A DNA stretch of 64,000 nucleotides from Octopus sinensis (lineage: Eukaryota): the NCBI RefSeq assembly GCF_006345805.1, contig NC_043001.1, forward strand, positions 4,464,001 through 4,528,000, in the 5' to 3' direction. This document shows positions 40,360-53,870 of the stretch, piece after piece (positions within the stretch are counted from its first letter, which is position 1; each line of letters opens with the position of its first letter). The translations under genes and the position numbers were made by a program. The notes beneath the pieces are model-generated. The model had not been told where the DNA came from and searched no databases. It was given only the letters and a program-made list of their open reading frames with translations.

Positions 40360-40645
40360 GTTCCTGCATGGTATTTGGCCAAAGGTCTTGTATTATATAC
40401 GCGGGGCCATTCAACGTTTTGTGGGGGAATTCGCTAGATAGAAACTGAAAGAAGCCGGTTGTATATTGTTCCTCACCACCACTTGGTGTTCGTGTGTTTA
40501 CGTCCTAACTGTTTAGCAAATGTACCCGGCTAGGTAGCTACCATGCTTCAAAAGAATACATACTACGGTTGTTTCATTCGACTAAAATTCTGTAAGGTGA
40601 TGCTCCAACATGGCATTTGCCTTATGACTGCAACAAATAAGGGAT
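40360..40645 (+). mobile_element. Decayed SINE family A
   Basis: gaaactgaaagaagccggttgtata and gatgctccaacatggc match family A. Confidence 0.6.
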
Positions 40646-42439
40646 GAAAGCAAAAGATGTATGTGTATATACATATGTAATTGTATATAGAGATGTAAAG
40701 AAATGTTAAAAATTGTAGATTCAATGACATTTCAATAAATACATTACCATACACCATGTTCAATTGTGTTACATCTAAAGATTCTTTGAGAATATACATA
40801 ATATTAATTCTATACATAAAATATTTATTTCCATACACCGTGTTTCATTTCCATGAATTTTAAGGGATGTATTTTCTTTCCTTAAAAATATTCCAAGCGA
40901 GTAATAATCATTGCATTAATATTTGAGGACGACTTAATTCCATTCATATTTAATCATTTCTATAACTGCAAAGGAATTTAATTCAAAAAGGTTTGCAGTT
41001 ATAGAACATAATTTCCATATCTGGAAAAGTTTCCGATTTAAGTACCTTATGTATGTAAACGCTAGAAAATTGCATTAGGATCCTTTTTTTTTCTATACTC
41101 AATCGCATAAATGTCATTGCATTTCTTTTTGCATCATCAGAAGAAATAGCGAAGTAAAATGAAGATCAATTGATTCATTTCAAAATTGAAGGACGGAGCA
41201 GGAAGTAATATTTAATGCAAATATGGTCGATCTATGCTGAATTGATATTCTTGCCGAAATCTTTTAATCAGAACAGGTATAGCGTATCCTCTCCTACATA
41301 TTGTTAGCACCATTTCACATTTTCACATTTTTATTAATGTTGTTGCCATTCTTCATACGTGAACAAGGGGAAAAAAAGAGAGACATGGCAACAAAAGACT
41401 TTTTGTCTTTCATTATATTCACGAATCGGACATCAAAACTTGATCGTATTTAAGGGAGATAATTTGTAATATTTTAACATTACTGAGTATAAAAAGGGTA
41501 CAAAGCATAACAAAATATTAACTAGTCAAATATTCTTTACTCAAATAGCACTTCAGGTTGTTTAATTTAATTCATATCAAGATCACAACCGTCAGTGAAG
41601 CGAAAAGCAAATAGCATTCATTTTGTGAAGGAAAAATACATACAAATATTGAAAGATGTTACTTATATATACATTAAAATGTTTGACACAATAGCTATCT
41701 GTTATGAAAAACACGAGTACGGCTAAATGAAAATCACTGTATTTTATCAGCCGATCAGTGATGGCACAGTGATTTAAAAGAAAGGGGACTGTAACACAAG
41801 CGACCAAAAGACAAAAACAAAAAGATTACGTTTAATGTAACTTTCTCTAAAATATGCAAGGCAAAAAAATGCTAGAAAATTTTCATGATTTCATTTAAAT
41901 TGAAATAAGTGAATCCTGCATTATTTTTTATACACCAGTATAAGCATCAGATACGAATGCTCCACATCAATTGTATTTTTACCATTCACTTTAATAGAGT
42001 TATACGTTGTGATCCAATAACGAAAACACAATAATTATAGCAGAATCGATCTATTTTCAACATGTCTTATATTGATCACACTCAATCACCTCTTTTTTTT
42101 ATCTTCGTAATATTTTCAATGATTTCAACTATTAATAATTATGAGTGTGAATTTCGTGAACAGTAATGTATTATAGTTTTTTCACAAGTATAATGACTAT
42201 ACGTAAAAAGCAGGAAAAATGATTGTGTCGATACATGTGTGTGCGTGTGCGTGTATGTGAGTTGCTATATACATCACGAGATCACATGACGTGGTTGGCC
42301 GGATTATTGGATGTTATTACGCATCGCTGGCAACGACGTGGTGTGCTTCATTTTATTGATCAAATGGCATCACCCTGTTAGTTAGGATAACATGCCAAAA
42401 TTAGCCTTATCAAAATGGTAGTGGAGCACAATTGAATTA

Positions 42440-42541
42440 AGTTTTATGCTCAAAAGCTCAACGGGCGTCCAGGACTGGGAATCGAAACCGTGATCTAGCT
42501 ATCGTGAGTGCAATATCCTAATCACCAGGCTATGCGCCTTC
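42440..42541 (-). mobile_element. SINE head (tRNA-like) fragment
   Basis: Reverse complement gaaggcgcatagcctggtgattagg...cggtttcgattcccag...ttgagcataaaac. Confidence 0.6.
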
Positions 42542-42998
42542 GCGCGCCTGTTCGCACAGAGAGAGAGAGACACACATGCAAATTCGGTCCTACTCCACGA
42601 GTGATCCTCTTTTGAATTTTGAATTTGAATGAAACACTGTGATTGATACTCCTGTAAAGTACGAATGTACTGTTATTAATGTATTTTGGTATTTTTCCCT
42701 TAAAAATATGACTAATAATAAATGAAGAAAATTTATAAAAATATACGTTAAACTCCATCATGGTTGTGTAACGAAGATGAAGTGCTTGATGTTAAACCAG
42801 CCCCTATGAATATCAGTGCTTCAACGTCTGCAGGTATCTGTAAAATCAAGTGATGGCCTAAGTAGAGCATTATATAAAACCATAAATTGAATTAAAGATT
42901 TGCTATATAAATTTCATTAAGTACGCTTCAATCTTTTTTTCGGTACGCGCTTAAAACTTCTGGCATACATGTATACAGGAATACATTAGATCACACAT

Positions 42999-43033
<35 letters not shown>

Positions 43034-43262
43034 ATGTGTGTGTGAGTATTAACTACGCTGCGATCTGTTTTGTGTACATGCGTATACACACAGGCATACA
43101 TGTATCCAGGACATACATACAATCATGCATTATATATGTATGCAAAAACACAAGCATGGATCAAATGTTGAAATTAGGCATATATATATATATACATATA
43201 TGTGTGTGTATCAATAATTGACATACTCTTACTTACATGAAATACCTAACGCAAAAATATAC

Positions 43263-43295
<33 letters not shown>

Positions 43296-44094
43296 TTAGG
43301 TATCTATATAAATGTGATATACGTGTCTGTGTGTGTATGTGTGTGTGGGTGTGTGTTTGTTTGTTTGTGTGTATGTTTCCGTATCAACTTATTTAAATTG
43401 ACATTTATCTTGAAGTTTCCCATGCATTTGCTATATAACTAAGATAAATGTTAATTCAGGCGAATTCCACAGATAACCGTTAAAATCGGACAGCAAGATA
43501 CGTCGTCCTTGAAATTGTTGCTGGGGGAAATAGATTGTGTGATTTCTACGAATTTTATATTTTTCAATATTATTTTATGATCTTCGTCTTGTAGTTGTAC
43601 TTGTTCTTATTCAGGCGTTTTTCGACCACATGTTTTTGTTCTTTGTTATTTATTCATGTCTTTACTTTCATTTTCAGTGACTTACTCTTCTCATCTCTTC
43701 TCAGCAGTTTTATATTGAATATGTCAAATGCAATATTACAATCACTCTGTAATTGACATAGAAGACGTTTTCCTTTACACAATCATATTCCTCTATATAT
43801 TTGTCGTTTTATGTTTGAAGCGATGCATTGAAATTATGCGATCCCATTTCTTTTTACATTTGTCTTAATGTTCTGCTGTTATGTAGAAGGTGATGGAATG
43901 TGACGTGTTTCAATAGCGCAATACGATTTATTTGTCACCAAAATAGACAAAATCAAATGGATTAATGTGCTTCTGACTTTAAAAAAAATGGTTTCAAGAA
44001 ATTTCATTTGTTTCTCTGTTCAATAAATATATTATCATGAAGCATATTGTTTTATGCTTTCTCGTATTTTCCTATGTATTCATGTAATTTTCTC

Positions 44095-44249
44095 ACATAT
44101 ATATATATATATATACATATTTATATATATACATATATATATATATATACATGTATATATATATACACACACATATATATATATACATACATATATATAT
44201 ATATATATATACATATATATATACACACACATATATATATACATACATA

Positions 44250-44293
<44 letters not shown>

Positions 44294-44440
44294 CATATAT
44301 ATATATATATACATATACACACACATATATACATACACACATACACACACATATATACAAACACACACATATGCATACATATATATGTATGTATATATAT
44401 ATATATATGTGCGTGTGTGTGCGTGTGTGTGTGTGTGTAT
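44095..44440. repeat. Compound TA/CA/TG microsatellite
   Basis: Direct inspection. Confidence 0.9.
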
Positions 44441-44658
44441 GCGTGTGAATTACTTGTTTGTTTATTTACTAATATTTATGTGCATTTTAAAATTGTATAT
44501 GCGAAGGAAAACAGATGGTTTTGACTTTTTCCAGTCAACTGAGAGGAATATATCATGTAAAATGAGGGAATAAGTCATTTATATCAACATGACATTATTT
44601 CTCTGTGCGAACACGTCTAGATATGTACGCACGTTCATACATACAACGTGCCATAAGC

Positions 44659-44731
<73 letters not shown>

Positions 44732-44807
44732 CTATTTTCTATATATTCAACCACGTCCTTTCACACACCAACTTTCTCACCTATATATATATATATATAT
44801 TCTTAGT

Positions 44808-45205
<398 letters not shown>

Positions 45206-46509
45206 GTAAATGCATGTATATATTTAGATAAATACTTTTATACACAGAAACACACACACACACATAAATGTATACATAGACCTACAAAAACACAGAAGAG
45301 CTAGGAAGAAAGAAAAAGAGTGACGCCATACTCAAAGATGTACATAAACATACACTAATGCATGGCCGCATACGTACATGCACATCTGCATACATTTCTA
45401 AATATATTTTCATTCATATATTCCCACATATACATTATCTTTATGAATATATCTATAATAGCCACTGAGAGGTGTGTATATATTTGTATATGCACGTTTG
45501 ATTCCTTAATATATTTGTAAGCTCAAAAGAGACATTAATTTCGCGTATATTCAATAATATAACATTGTGTCATGTATAGACCGGTATCAGAAAAAAAGTT
45601 TATTGAAATTACTAACAGAGAAATGCACTTTAATGTATAATCTTTTCAATTTACATAACTGTCTGGAACATTTTAGTAGAACAACAACAACGGAAGGGTA
45701 TTAGTTATCAGCTAAACTGCAGAATTATAAGAAATGAACATAAAGAAACGCTGGGAGAGAAAAATAATAAATACATACAAGCAATTTATATTCATGAGAC
45801 GTTTTTTCAATGACTGATATAATCTTTTCCTATTAAATTAAAATTGCGGTGGGATTCTCCACGAAATTTTTTCTTTCCTTTTGTGTGAGAAGCATTTTTT
45901 TACAACGTACTTTTATAAGACAATTTTCGTGCAACTAACACAATAACACACCTACACCTGAAAGATTTGATTGTTGGTCTTGTACGTTTATTTGGATATT
46001 ACATCGCCCTATCGAGCCGATGCGGTAATTTGGTTAATGACATCATTAGCAAGCTATTATCTGTCCGGTTAATTCCATCAACACAAGATCCTTTTACGTA
46101 ACGCTGTGCCATCTTCAAGAGAATAGAGCTGTAAAATACACGCTTGAAAAAGTGGACGACTAAATGTTAGAAGTGTGGTAATTGCGAAACAAATATGATG
46201 GATTGCTCATTCTGTGAGGGCTGACATCAGAATGCTATTCAGGTGTGTTCTAATAGATGGTAGATAAGACCCTGTATACACAGATTCCAAATGTATAGAA
46301 AGCAACGGAGATAAATTCCATTCCATGTCATACTGTAATCAAAGAATCCAGGAACGAAAGTATAATTTATTCTTCTCAGATACTCATTCTCACCTTTTCT
46401 TGTCTTTCATTTCTTCCAATACCCATAGGTACTCGTTACAGTCACCCTTATTCAAAACACAGATAGTTTACTTTTCTTTCATGTATACCTACAAAGGCAA
46501 GCGCACACC

Positions 46510-46550
<41 letters not shown>

Positions 46551-46636
46551 TTGTGTGTGTGTATAACTGTTTGTATGCATGTATAATTAGAGAATATGTA
46601 TGGATGTAGACATACACACATATGTATGTATATATA

Positions 46637-47040
46637 GGCGCAAGCGTGACTGATTGGTAAGGAGCATAAGGCGGCGAACTGGCAGAAACGTTAGCACGCT
46701 GGCCGAAATGAGTAGCCATATTTCTTCTGCCGCTACGTTCTAAGTTCAAATTCCGCTGTGGTCCACTTTGCCTTTCATCCTTTCGGGGTCGATAAATTAA
46801 GTACCAGTTACGCACCGGGGTCGATATAATCGATTTAATCCATTTGTCTGTTCTTGTTTTTGCTCTCTGTGTTTAGCCCCTTGTAGGTAATAAAGAAATA
46901 AGAAGCTTGCTTACCGAGCTCATGGTTCCGGGTCCAGTCCCACTGCCTGTTACCTTAGGCAAATATCTTCTGCTATAGTCTTGGGCCGACCAAGAACATG
47001 TGACTCGATTTGGTAAACGGAAACAGAAAAAGAAAACATA
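46637..47040 (+). mobile_element. SINE A interrupted by a SINE B insertion (46668-46898)
   Basis: The A head ggcgcaagcgtgactgattggtaaggagc resumes after B as taagaagcttgcttacc, with an 8-bp duplication taagRagc. Confidence 0.75.
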
Positions 47041-47111
47041 TAATGCTGCATGCACCCCAGCAGTACAGAGGTGCTGCAGATTATGCAGTAAAATGTTTCT
47101 TCATACTACCA

Positions 47112-47148
<37 letters not shown>

Positions 47149-47434
47149 TCCTCAAACGAACTGAAAAACAACGGGTTCTTTACTCACCAGTAAGTTTCAA
47201 ATAAATACTGGGGGCGGTCCGAGTAAATACACTCGAGGGATACTTCGTGCCTAAAAAGATCTAACAATGTATAATTCCCCAATAGAGGCAGGTTATTTGA
47301 AACTCCACAACAACCTACAACATTGCAATATTATTATTTTTATTATTTTTATTATTATAATTATTTTTTTAATTATTATTATTATTATCATTATTATTAT
47401 TATTGCTTTTATCAATATTGTTATTATTATTATT

Positions 47435-47992
47435 GAGTGAGAGAGCAGTACATGCCATCAAAGTGACACTGGAGTAAAATACACGAAGCCCAGTATACCC
47501 ATCATGACTACCCGTCTGATAACGGCACGCTAGGCACATGCATTACAACCATATGTGCGTGACATGGTCATCTCATATCAGGATAAACAGCACATGACCT
47601 TGCAGGTGGAGTCCAATTGGAATTTTCTTCTGATCGAGTGGCCCATCCCGCTCAAAAGGTCCCTGAATAAGGGTTATTTAAGGATGTTGAATGCAACACC
47701 CATATTTCCAGAGGTGAATTATTCAAACCCCAAAGAATCCCTCTCAACACACGGCTATGATGCTCCCCCACTACTTCTGCTCGTGATCAGAGATGCACAT
47801 TATGTCAGCCACTAAGGGACATGCTCAACTGGTTCAGGTCAAACAACTGACAAGCAAATCTCTGGTATTGAGCAGAATATTTGCTCTAGCCCATCTTTTA
47901 TACCAAGACAAAACGATGCACATGATAGCACTTCCAATCAGTTCAGATCAGAAGCCATGAGAGCCACTGCTTGGTACTGCATCAAGGCATTT
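47435..47992 (-). mobile_element. Non-coding TAA-embedded interspersed element (longest copy, ~558 bp)
   Basis: Flanked on both sides by (TTA)n on the plus strand; homologous to 9693-10166 and 10598-10985. Confidence 0.85.
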
Positions 47993-48036
47993 ATCATTAT
48001 TATTATTATTATCATTATTATTATTAATATTATTAA

Positions 48037-48108
<72 letters not shown>

Positions 48109-48110
<2 letters not shown>

Positions 48111-48792
48111 GTTTGACTTTTGCTTTACATTTGCACAAGCTGGCTCCAAGTCTCACCCAGAGACCTCAAGAGACAACAAGTTGGAAGTTCATGTTCGTGT
48201 TATGCCTAGGTTGCCATATATTTGTTTTTGTACATTGTGTTGTACTAGTGAATGCCTAAAAAACCATACGAAAATTATGTTTGTTTTAAAACTTGAGATT
48301 ACAAGGAAAGAATTTTGCGTAGGATATGAGCAGTTCCCATGAGCACTATCTTTTGACTTTCTGCCTTTTGGGGGTTTCCTGGTATCTGAGTTAGGTAGCA
48401 ATCAGCCCCTTTTGCTATCATTCCCAGGGCACCTATGACAACGGGTATTGTTTTAGTCTTCAGGTTCCACATTTTTCTGATTTCTATTTCAAGAACTTTA
48501 TATTTGCTCAGTTTCTGGTAGGTCTTGAAAGATACGTATATATCGATTGGGACAGTCATATCAATGAGGAGGCATGTTTTTGTCTGAAGACTTTTACTAT
48601 GATGTTTGGCCTATTCGCGTCTATCTTTCTGTCAGTTTGAATGGTGAAGTTCCAGAGGAGTGAGATGTGTTCATTTTCAAGCACTGGAGGTGGTTTGTGT
48701 TCCCACCAGTTTTATCATGGGGCAAGTCCAGACTTCTTCAAATTACCCAGCGAATATATTGTGCAGCTCTATTATGCCTGTTGAGATACTCT

Positions 48793-48793
<1 letters not shown>
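48109..48793 (-). mobile_element. R4/Dong-like LINE 3' fragment, same family as the 12.4-16.0 kb pair
   Basis: MTVPIDIYVSFKTYQKLSKYKVLEIEI...PVVIGALG...KIVLMGTAHILRKIL; same 3' UTR ending gcaaaagtcaaacat-(aat)n. Confidence 0.92.
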
Positions 48794-48834
<41 letters not shown>

Positions 48835-48835
<1 letters not shown>

Positions 48836-49445
48836 TTTTTTTTTCTTCTCTCAAATTTGCTTCCATTTCTTGCCGGTGTCTTCCCGACTCCTAGGGCAAA
48901 GAAACTCATAGTATACATTGGTAGGCCATTAATCCAAACTCAGTAGTTCGTTCATTTTTTTTTTGTTTTTTTTTGTTTTTAAATACATGAGCAGCAACAG
49001 TTCTCACATCGACAATGCTCTTCTCAATACGTGTGATTTACCAGTTAAGACAATCTTTTGCACTTCTTGCAGGGATGGTAAGCCAGGGATCATTCTCATA
49101 TAATTTTCGGTTCCCTTCTTGATCATTCCTAGTGCTCCTACGATCACTGGTATTGTAACCGCCTTGAGATGCCACATTTTCTCAATTTCAATGAGAAGGT
49201 CTTTATATTTTCTGAGCTTGTCAAACTCTTTCGCTGAGATATTATGATCACAGGGGATGCTCATGTCGATCAATAAGCAAACTTTATTGTTTTGGTCTTT
49301 CACAACAATATCTGGTTTATTGGCCTTGATGGTTCGGTCTGTATGCACTGGAAAGTCCCACAGAATGGTTACATTTTCTCCTTCAGTTACAGCCTCAGGG
49401 TGGTGATTATACCACTTGTCGGCAGGTTTGATATTGTAATATTTT
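48835..49445 (-). mobile_element. R4/Dong-like LINE 3' fragment (family 2)
   Basis: ORF 49004-49477: ILWDFPVHTDRTIKANKPDIVVKD...LLIDMSIPCD...KYKDL...IPVIVGALG...KIVLTGKSHVLRRAL. Confidence 0.92.
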
Positions 49446-49479
49446 AATAATATTATTATTATTATTATTATTATCATTA

Positions 49480-49560
49480 CTTGTTTTTTCTTCTTTCAAA
49501 TTTGCTTCCATTTCTTGCCGAGTGTCTTCCGGACTCCTAGGGCAAAGAAACTCATAGTAT
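49480..49560 (-). mobile_element. Ultra-short 3' tail-only insertion of LINE family 2
   Basis: actatgagtttctttgccctaggagtccggaagacactcggcaagaaatggaagcaaatttg is nearly the same as the 48835-48910 tail and sits between TAA arrays. Confidence 0.8.
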
Positions 49561-49572
49561 TCATTATTATTA

Positions 49573-49630
<58 letters not shown>

Positions 49631-49671
49631 TTTAATATCATTATTATCATTATTATTTTTATTGCTTTTAC

Positions 49672-49727
<56 letters not shown>

Positions 49728-49744
49728 TATTATTATTATTATTA

Positions 49745-49775
<31 letters not shown>

Positions 49776-49799
49776 TTATTATTATTATTATTATTATTT

Positions 49800-50122
49800 T
49801 GGTTTGTCTTATTCCTGGTAGGGATTCTGTGGATAGCAGTTTTCTACCTGTGACTCTAGGTACCTACTCTTAGGACCCTACTGATAATCCTTGCAGTCCC
49901 TAGGAGTCAAGCTTTGTTTAGGCCCTCTAACGGGCTTTCTATTTCAATCTACTTCAGACAGTTCCATGTATCTTGGCTTCCGGTTTCCAACGCACCAATA
50001 ATTATAGGTGTCACTTTTACTGTTCGCAATCTCCAAATTCTTCCTATTTCAAATTGTAGGGAATATTTTCGTTGTTTTTCTCCCTTTTTCTTCACAGTTT
50101 GGAATCAAATGGGCATCATGGG
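49800..50122 (-). mobile_element. R4/Dong-like LINE 3' fragment (family 3)
   Basis: Across frameshifts: CPFDS...EIGRIWRLRTVKVTPIIIGALETG...IEIESPLE...LLGTARIISRVL. Confidence 0.75.
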
Positions 50123-50146
50123 TATTATTGTTATTATCATTATTAT

Positions 50147-51292
50147 TTTTTCCTTCTTTCTTCAGATATTCTTTCGTGTCCCACCGAGTGTTTTCCGTTC
50201 ACCTAGGGCAGAGAAGCTCGTTGTATGCATTCCCAGATTACACACGCAAATTCACTGGTAAAATATGTATTTAAAAATTAATAAATAAATAAATTCTTGA
50301 ATGGATGTTGTTTTCACAGCTATAATGCTCTTCTCAGTACATAAGATATTCCAGTTAATACGATTTTTTGTACTTCCTGTAGGGATGGTAAGCCTGGTAT
50401 CATTTTCAAATAGGTTTCGGTACTTTTTTCTATCATTCCCAGAGATCCTACAATCACTGGTACTGTAGTCGCCTTGAGATGGCACTTTTTTTCAGTTCCT
50501 ATTAGTAAGTCTTTATATTTACTAATCTTGTCAAATTCTTTCGCTGCTATATTGTGATCGCAAGGGATACTCATATCAATTAATAAACACATCTTTTTTG
50601 TCTAATCTTTTATAATAATATCCGGTTTATTAGCTTTTATAGTCTTGTCGGTCTGTACGCGGAAGTCCCAGAGAATCGACACATTTTCTCCCTCAGTCAC
50701 AGCTTCAGGATGGCGTTTATACCATTTGTTAGCGGTTTTGACTTTATAATGCCGACATATTGTCCATTGGAAATACTGGCCGACTCTGTCATGTCTTGCT
50801 TAGACTCTACACGTGTTTAGACTCTACACCCTGAGATTAGGTGGTCTATATTTTCAGTTTCATCCTTACGGAATCGGCATTTTGGGTCAGCTCCATTTTT
50901 ATCACATTGGCTTGGTATTTCCGCGTTAATAAGCTTTGGTCTTGAGCAGCTAATATGAAACCTTCAGTCTCGGCTTTTAGCCCTGATATCCGTAACCATT
51001 GGTGCGTGTGTTTCTGGTCGACATCAGTTTGTTTTCTACGGACCATATACTTGCCATGGAGAGTTTTCAGTTCCCATCTGCTAGCTAATTTTTCATGCGC
51101 TTTTGTCTTTCCAATTAACTTTATTTTCTTTGCAGCAGCAGTTGGCGCATTTCCTTCAGCCTGATCAATCTGGTGGGTATCTAAAAGATCAGTAGTGAAT
51201 TTTTTGCTCTCTTTCAGAATAGAGTGAAGCTTTTCGGTCTTTCATGTTTTTCAACAAGCCTTAGCATCCAATCGTTGGTTGCTTCAAGGTAT
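50147..51292 (-). mobile_element. Decayed R4/Dong-like LINE 3' fragment (family 2-like)
   Basis: HQWLRISGLKAETEGFILAAQDQSLLTRKY; CLLIDMSIPCDHNIAAKEFDKISKYKDL; TAA flanks. Confidence 0.9.
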
Positions 51293-51294
51293 TG

Positions 51295-51363
<69 letters not shown>

Positions 51364-51394
51364 TTATTATTATTATTATATTATTATTATTATT

Positions 51395-51500
51395 ATTCGC
51401 CGTGGTCAACATTACCTTTCATACGTTGGGGTCTATAAATTAAATACCAGGGAAAATCGACTAGTCCCTTCTTCCATAATGTCGCTACATTAGAAAGGAT
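51395..51500 (+). mobile_element. SINE B' partial with (ATT)n tail
   Basis: ttcgccgtggtcaacattacctttcat...aatcgactagtcccttc...agaaagg-(att)n. Confidence 0.5.
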
Positions 51501-51539
51501 TATTATCATCATTATTATTATTATTATTATTATCATTAA

Positions 51540-51593
<54 letters not shown>

Positions 51594-53034
51594 CATTATT
51601 ATTATCATCATCATCATTATTATTATTATCACTACACTACTGACCTAAATCTCGATTCTTGTCAAGTTTGAAGAAGCAATGAACAAGGATGAGGTGCAAG
51701 ATGAAGATGAAGAAGCAGCACAAGGTGAAACAGGATATATTGAAGATAATTTCGAAATCTGAAATATAATAGCAAATGTGTCTGGGAAACTATGTAGAAC
51801 ATGGCGATCGAAATAGTTAAGCATACAAGGAAACTTTGCCGGGTTTAAAATAAACAGCAAATAGCTGAAAAAATAGCAAATGAAAGGAACATGAGATTGA
51901 ATTGAGAAACAAACAGTAGATGAAATGAAAAATGAAAGAAATATTGGGATTGGAATACAGTTTGAGAGTCTGGTAGAGAAATATCGATGAGTACAGGACA
52001 GACAAATCATATTTCTAGAAAAATACAAGAGAACGTACTGATAATTTAAGAGAAGAGAATTAAAGAAGACACGGTGACATTTTCAAGAAAAAGAATGAGA
52101 AATAATTTTTGGAAATGTCGAAGTCGATTTAAAGAAAGTGACGAATACGAACTGGAAAGAAATGCATGATGAAGAATAAAAGAAACACGGTACGGGGTGT
52201 GGAATTTAAAATCAAATAACATTTGAAGAAGAGAATGATAAAACGATTATTTTTAAAAGAAATTGAAAAGGAATAAACAGAGAAACAATAGACACGCATA
52301 GCAATAAATATGAAGAGTGAAAAGAATTGAATGAAGAAGTTAAGAGAAATGTAGGGAATAAAATGAATAAAAAACAATGAAGAGAAGATTAAGAAAGAGA
52401 ATTATATAGAAGAAATTAGAAAAAAATGTGATGGCGATGTGAAGAAGAAAATATAAAACGACGTAAATGAAATACATTGTATATAAGATGGTGTCTGGCT
52501 TTCTGTCAACAGTTAGAATGGAAAAAATTTAGTTAAAAAGGATCACCTAATTTAGTTGCGTTTCAATTTAGCCATTGGCGGTATGTACTCTGTCAATTAT
52601 TTCAGCCAATCGTACAAGAAGATAACGACAACAAATTTAACAGACTAAAAACTACATCGAAAACTTCATTAAAGAAATGAAAGAAAATAAAGTGAAAAAA
52701 TTGGAAGATCTAAAATATATGTCGCTTTTTTTTTTAGCATTTTAGTTTGTATTTTTCTTCTTATTTTAACTTTTAAATGTAAAGATATCATAAAATGTTG
52801 AAAATATATGATGTTTTATTTCTAGCTGAAAGGAAATCGTTTCAAATCTGCTGTATGTACGTTTGAAATTATGCTTTTCCTTTGTCGAGAATCATTATTT
52901 TGGACCCTCTTTTCTATTTGATTTGTCGGAATATTTACAGATAATTTGGAGATAGTCTACATACATAATCCAGGGGTTTGTATATCTAAGCAGAAATACA
53001 AGCGTATAAGGAATGTTGCTCTAATACTCGTGAA

Positions 53035-53354
53035 GGTGCGTGGCTTATTGGTTAGGGAATTCCGCACACGATCCTAAGTCGTGAGTTCAATTCCTGGCGA
53101 TGTATTTTGTCCTTGAGCAAGTCACTTTATTTTCATGTTGCACCAGTCCACTGAGCTGGCAAAAATGAGTAGTACCTGTATATCAAAGGACCAACCTTGT
53201 CTCACTCTGTGTCGCGCTGAATCTACCTGAGAACTACGTTAAGGGTGCAAGTGTCTGTGGAGTGCTCAGCCTCTTGTACGTGAATTCTACGAACAAGCTG
53301 TTCCGTTGATCGCATCAACAGCTATCCTCATCGTCGTAACCGACGGAGTGCTCC
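53035..53354 (+). mobile_element. tRNA-derived SINE family D (CORE-like)
   Basis: ggtgcgtggcttattggttaggg...gagttcaattcc...ttgagcaagtcactttatttt...gtaaccgacggagtgct. Confidence 0.85.
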
Positions 53355-53870
53355 TATATTATATTATATTATATTGTATTATATTATATATATGACCGTG
53401 TATGCATGAGTGTTTTTCTCTACTTGTGTATGCGTGTCTTTCTCTGTGCGTTTGTCCCCTGTTTGAGATTGATAAACGGTGTTGTTGTATCTTCGTCCCT
53501 GTAACCAGCGGCTCGATAAAGTACTGATAGAGTAAGTATCAGACAGAAAATAAAACTGCGGTCGATCTTTTCCACTAAAAATTCTACAATATAATTCTGC
53601 AAAATAATGACTCAAGCAAATAAAAAATAATAGACAAACCTACTGAAACCAGGAGAATAGGATGTGATGGAGTATTATATAGAAAATATTCCTGAGAATT
53701 TCAGCGTAAAATGCAGGCCATCCTTTTTCACTAATTACTAGACTTACCGATGTGGAGAAACTCTGCTGGATTTTCACCGCAAAAGATAAACTGATTACAT
53801 AACGTTAAGCATTTTGTATCACGTGGTTGCAATTGTGCCTACTCACCACCTTGATATCAAATAAATGAAA

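Noticed and set aside
42770-42835. Possible exon ending in CAG|GTATCT
   Set aside because: No polypyrimidine acceptor upstream and an in-frame stop nearby.
45870-46330. Tc1/mariner fragments (accctgta end, CIESNGDKF)
   Set aside because: Suggestive but too short and decayed to define boundaries.
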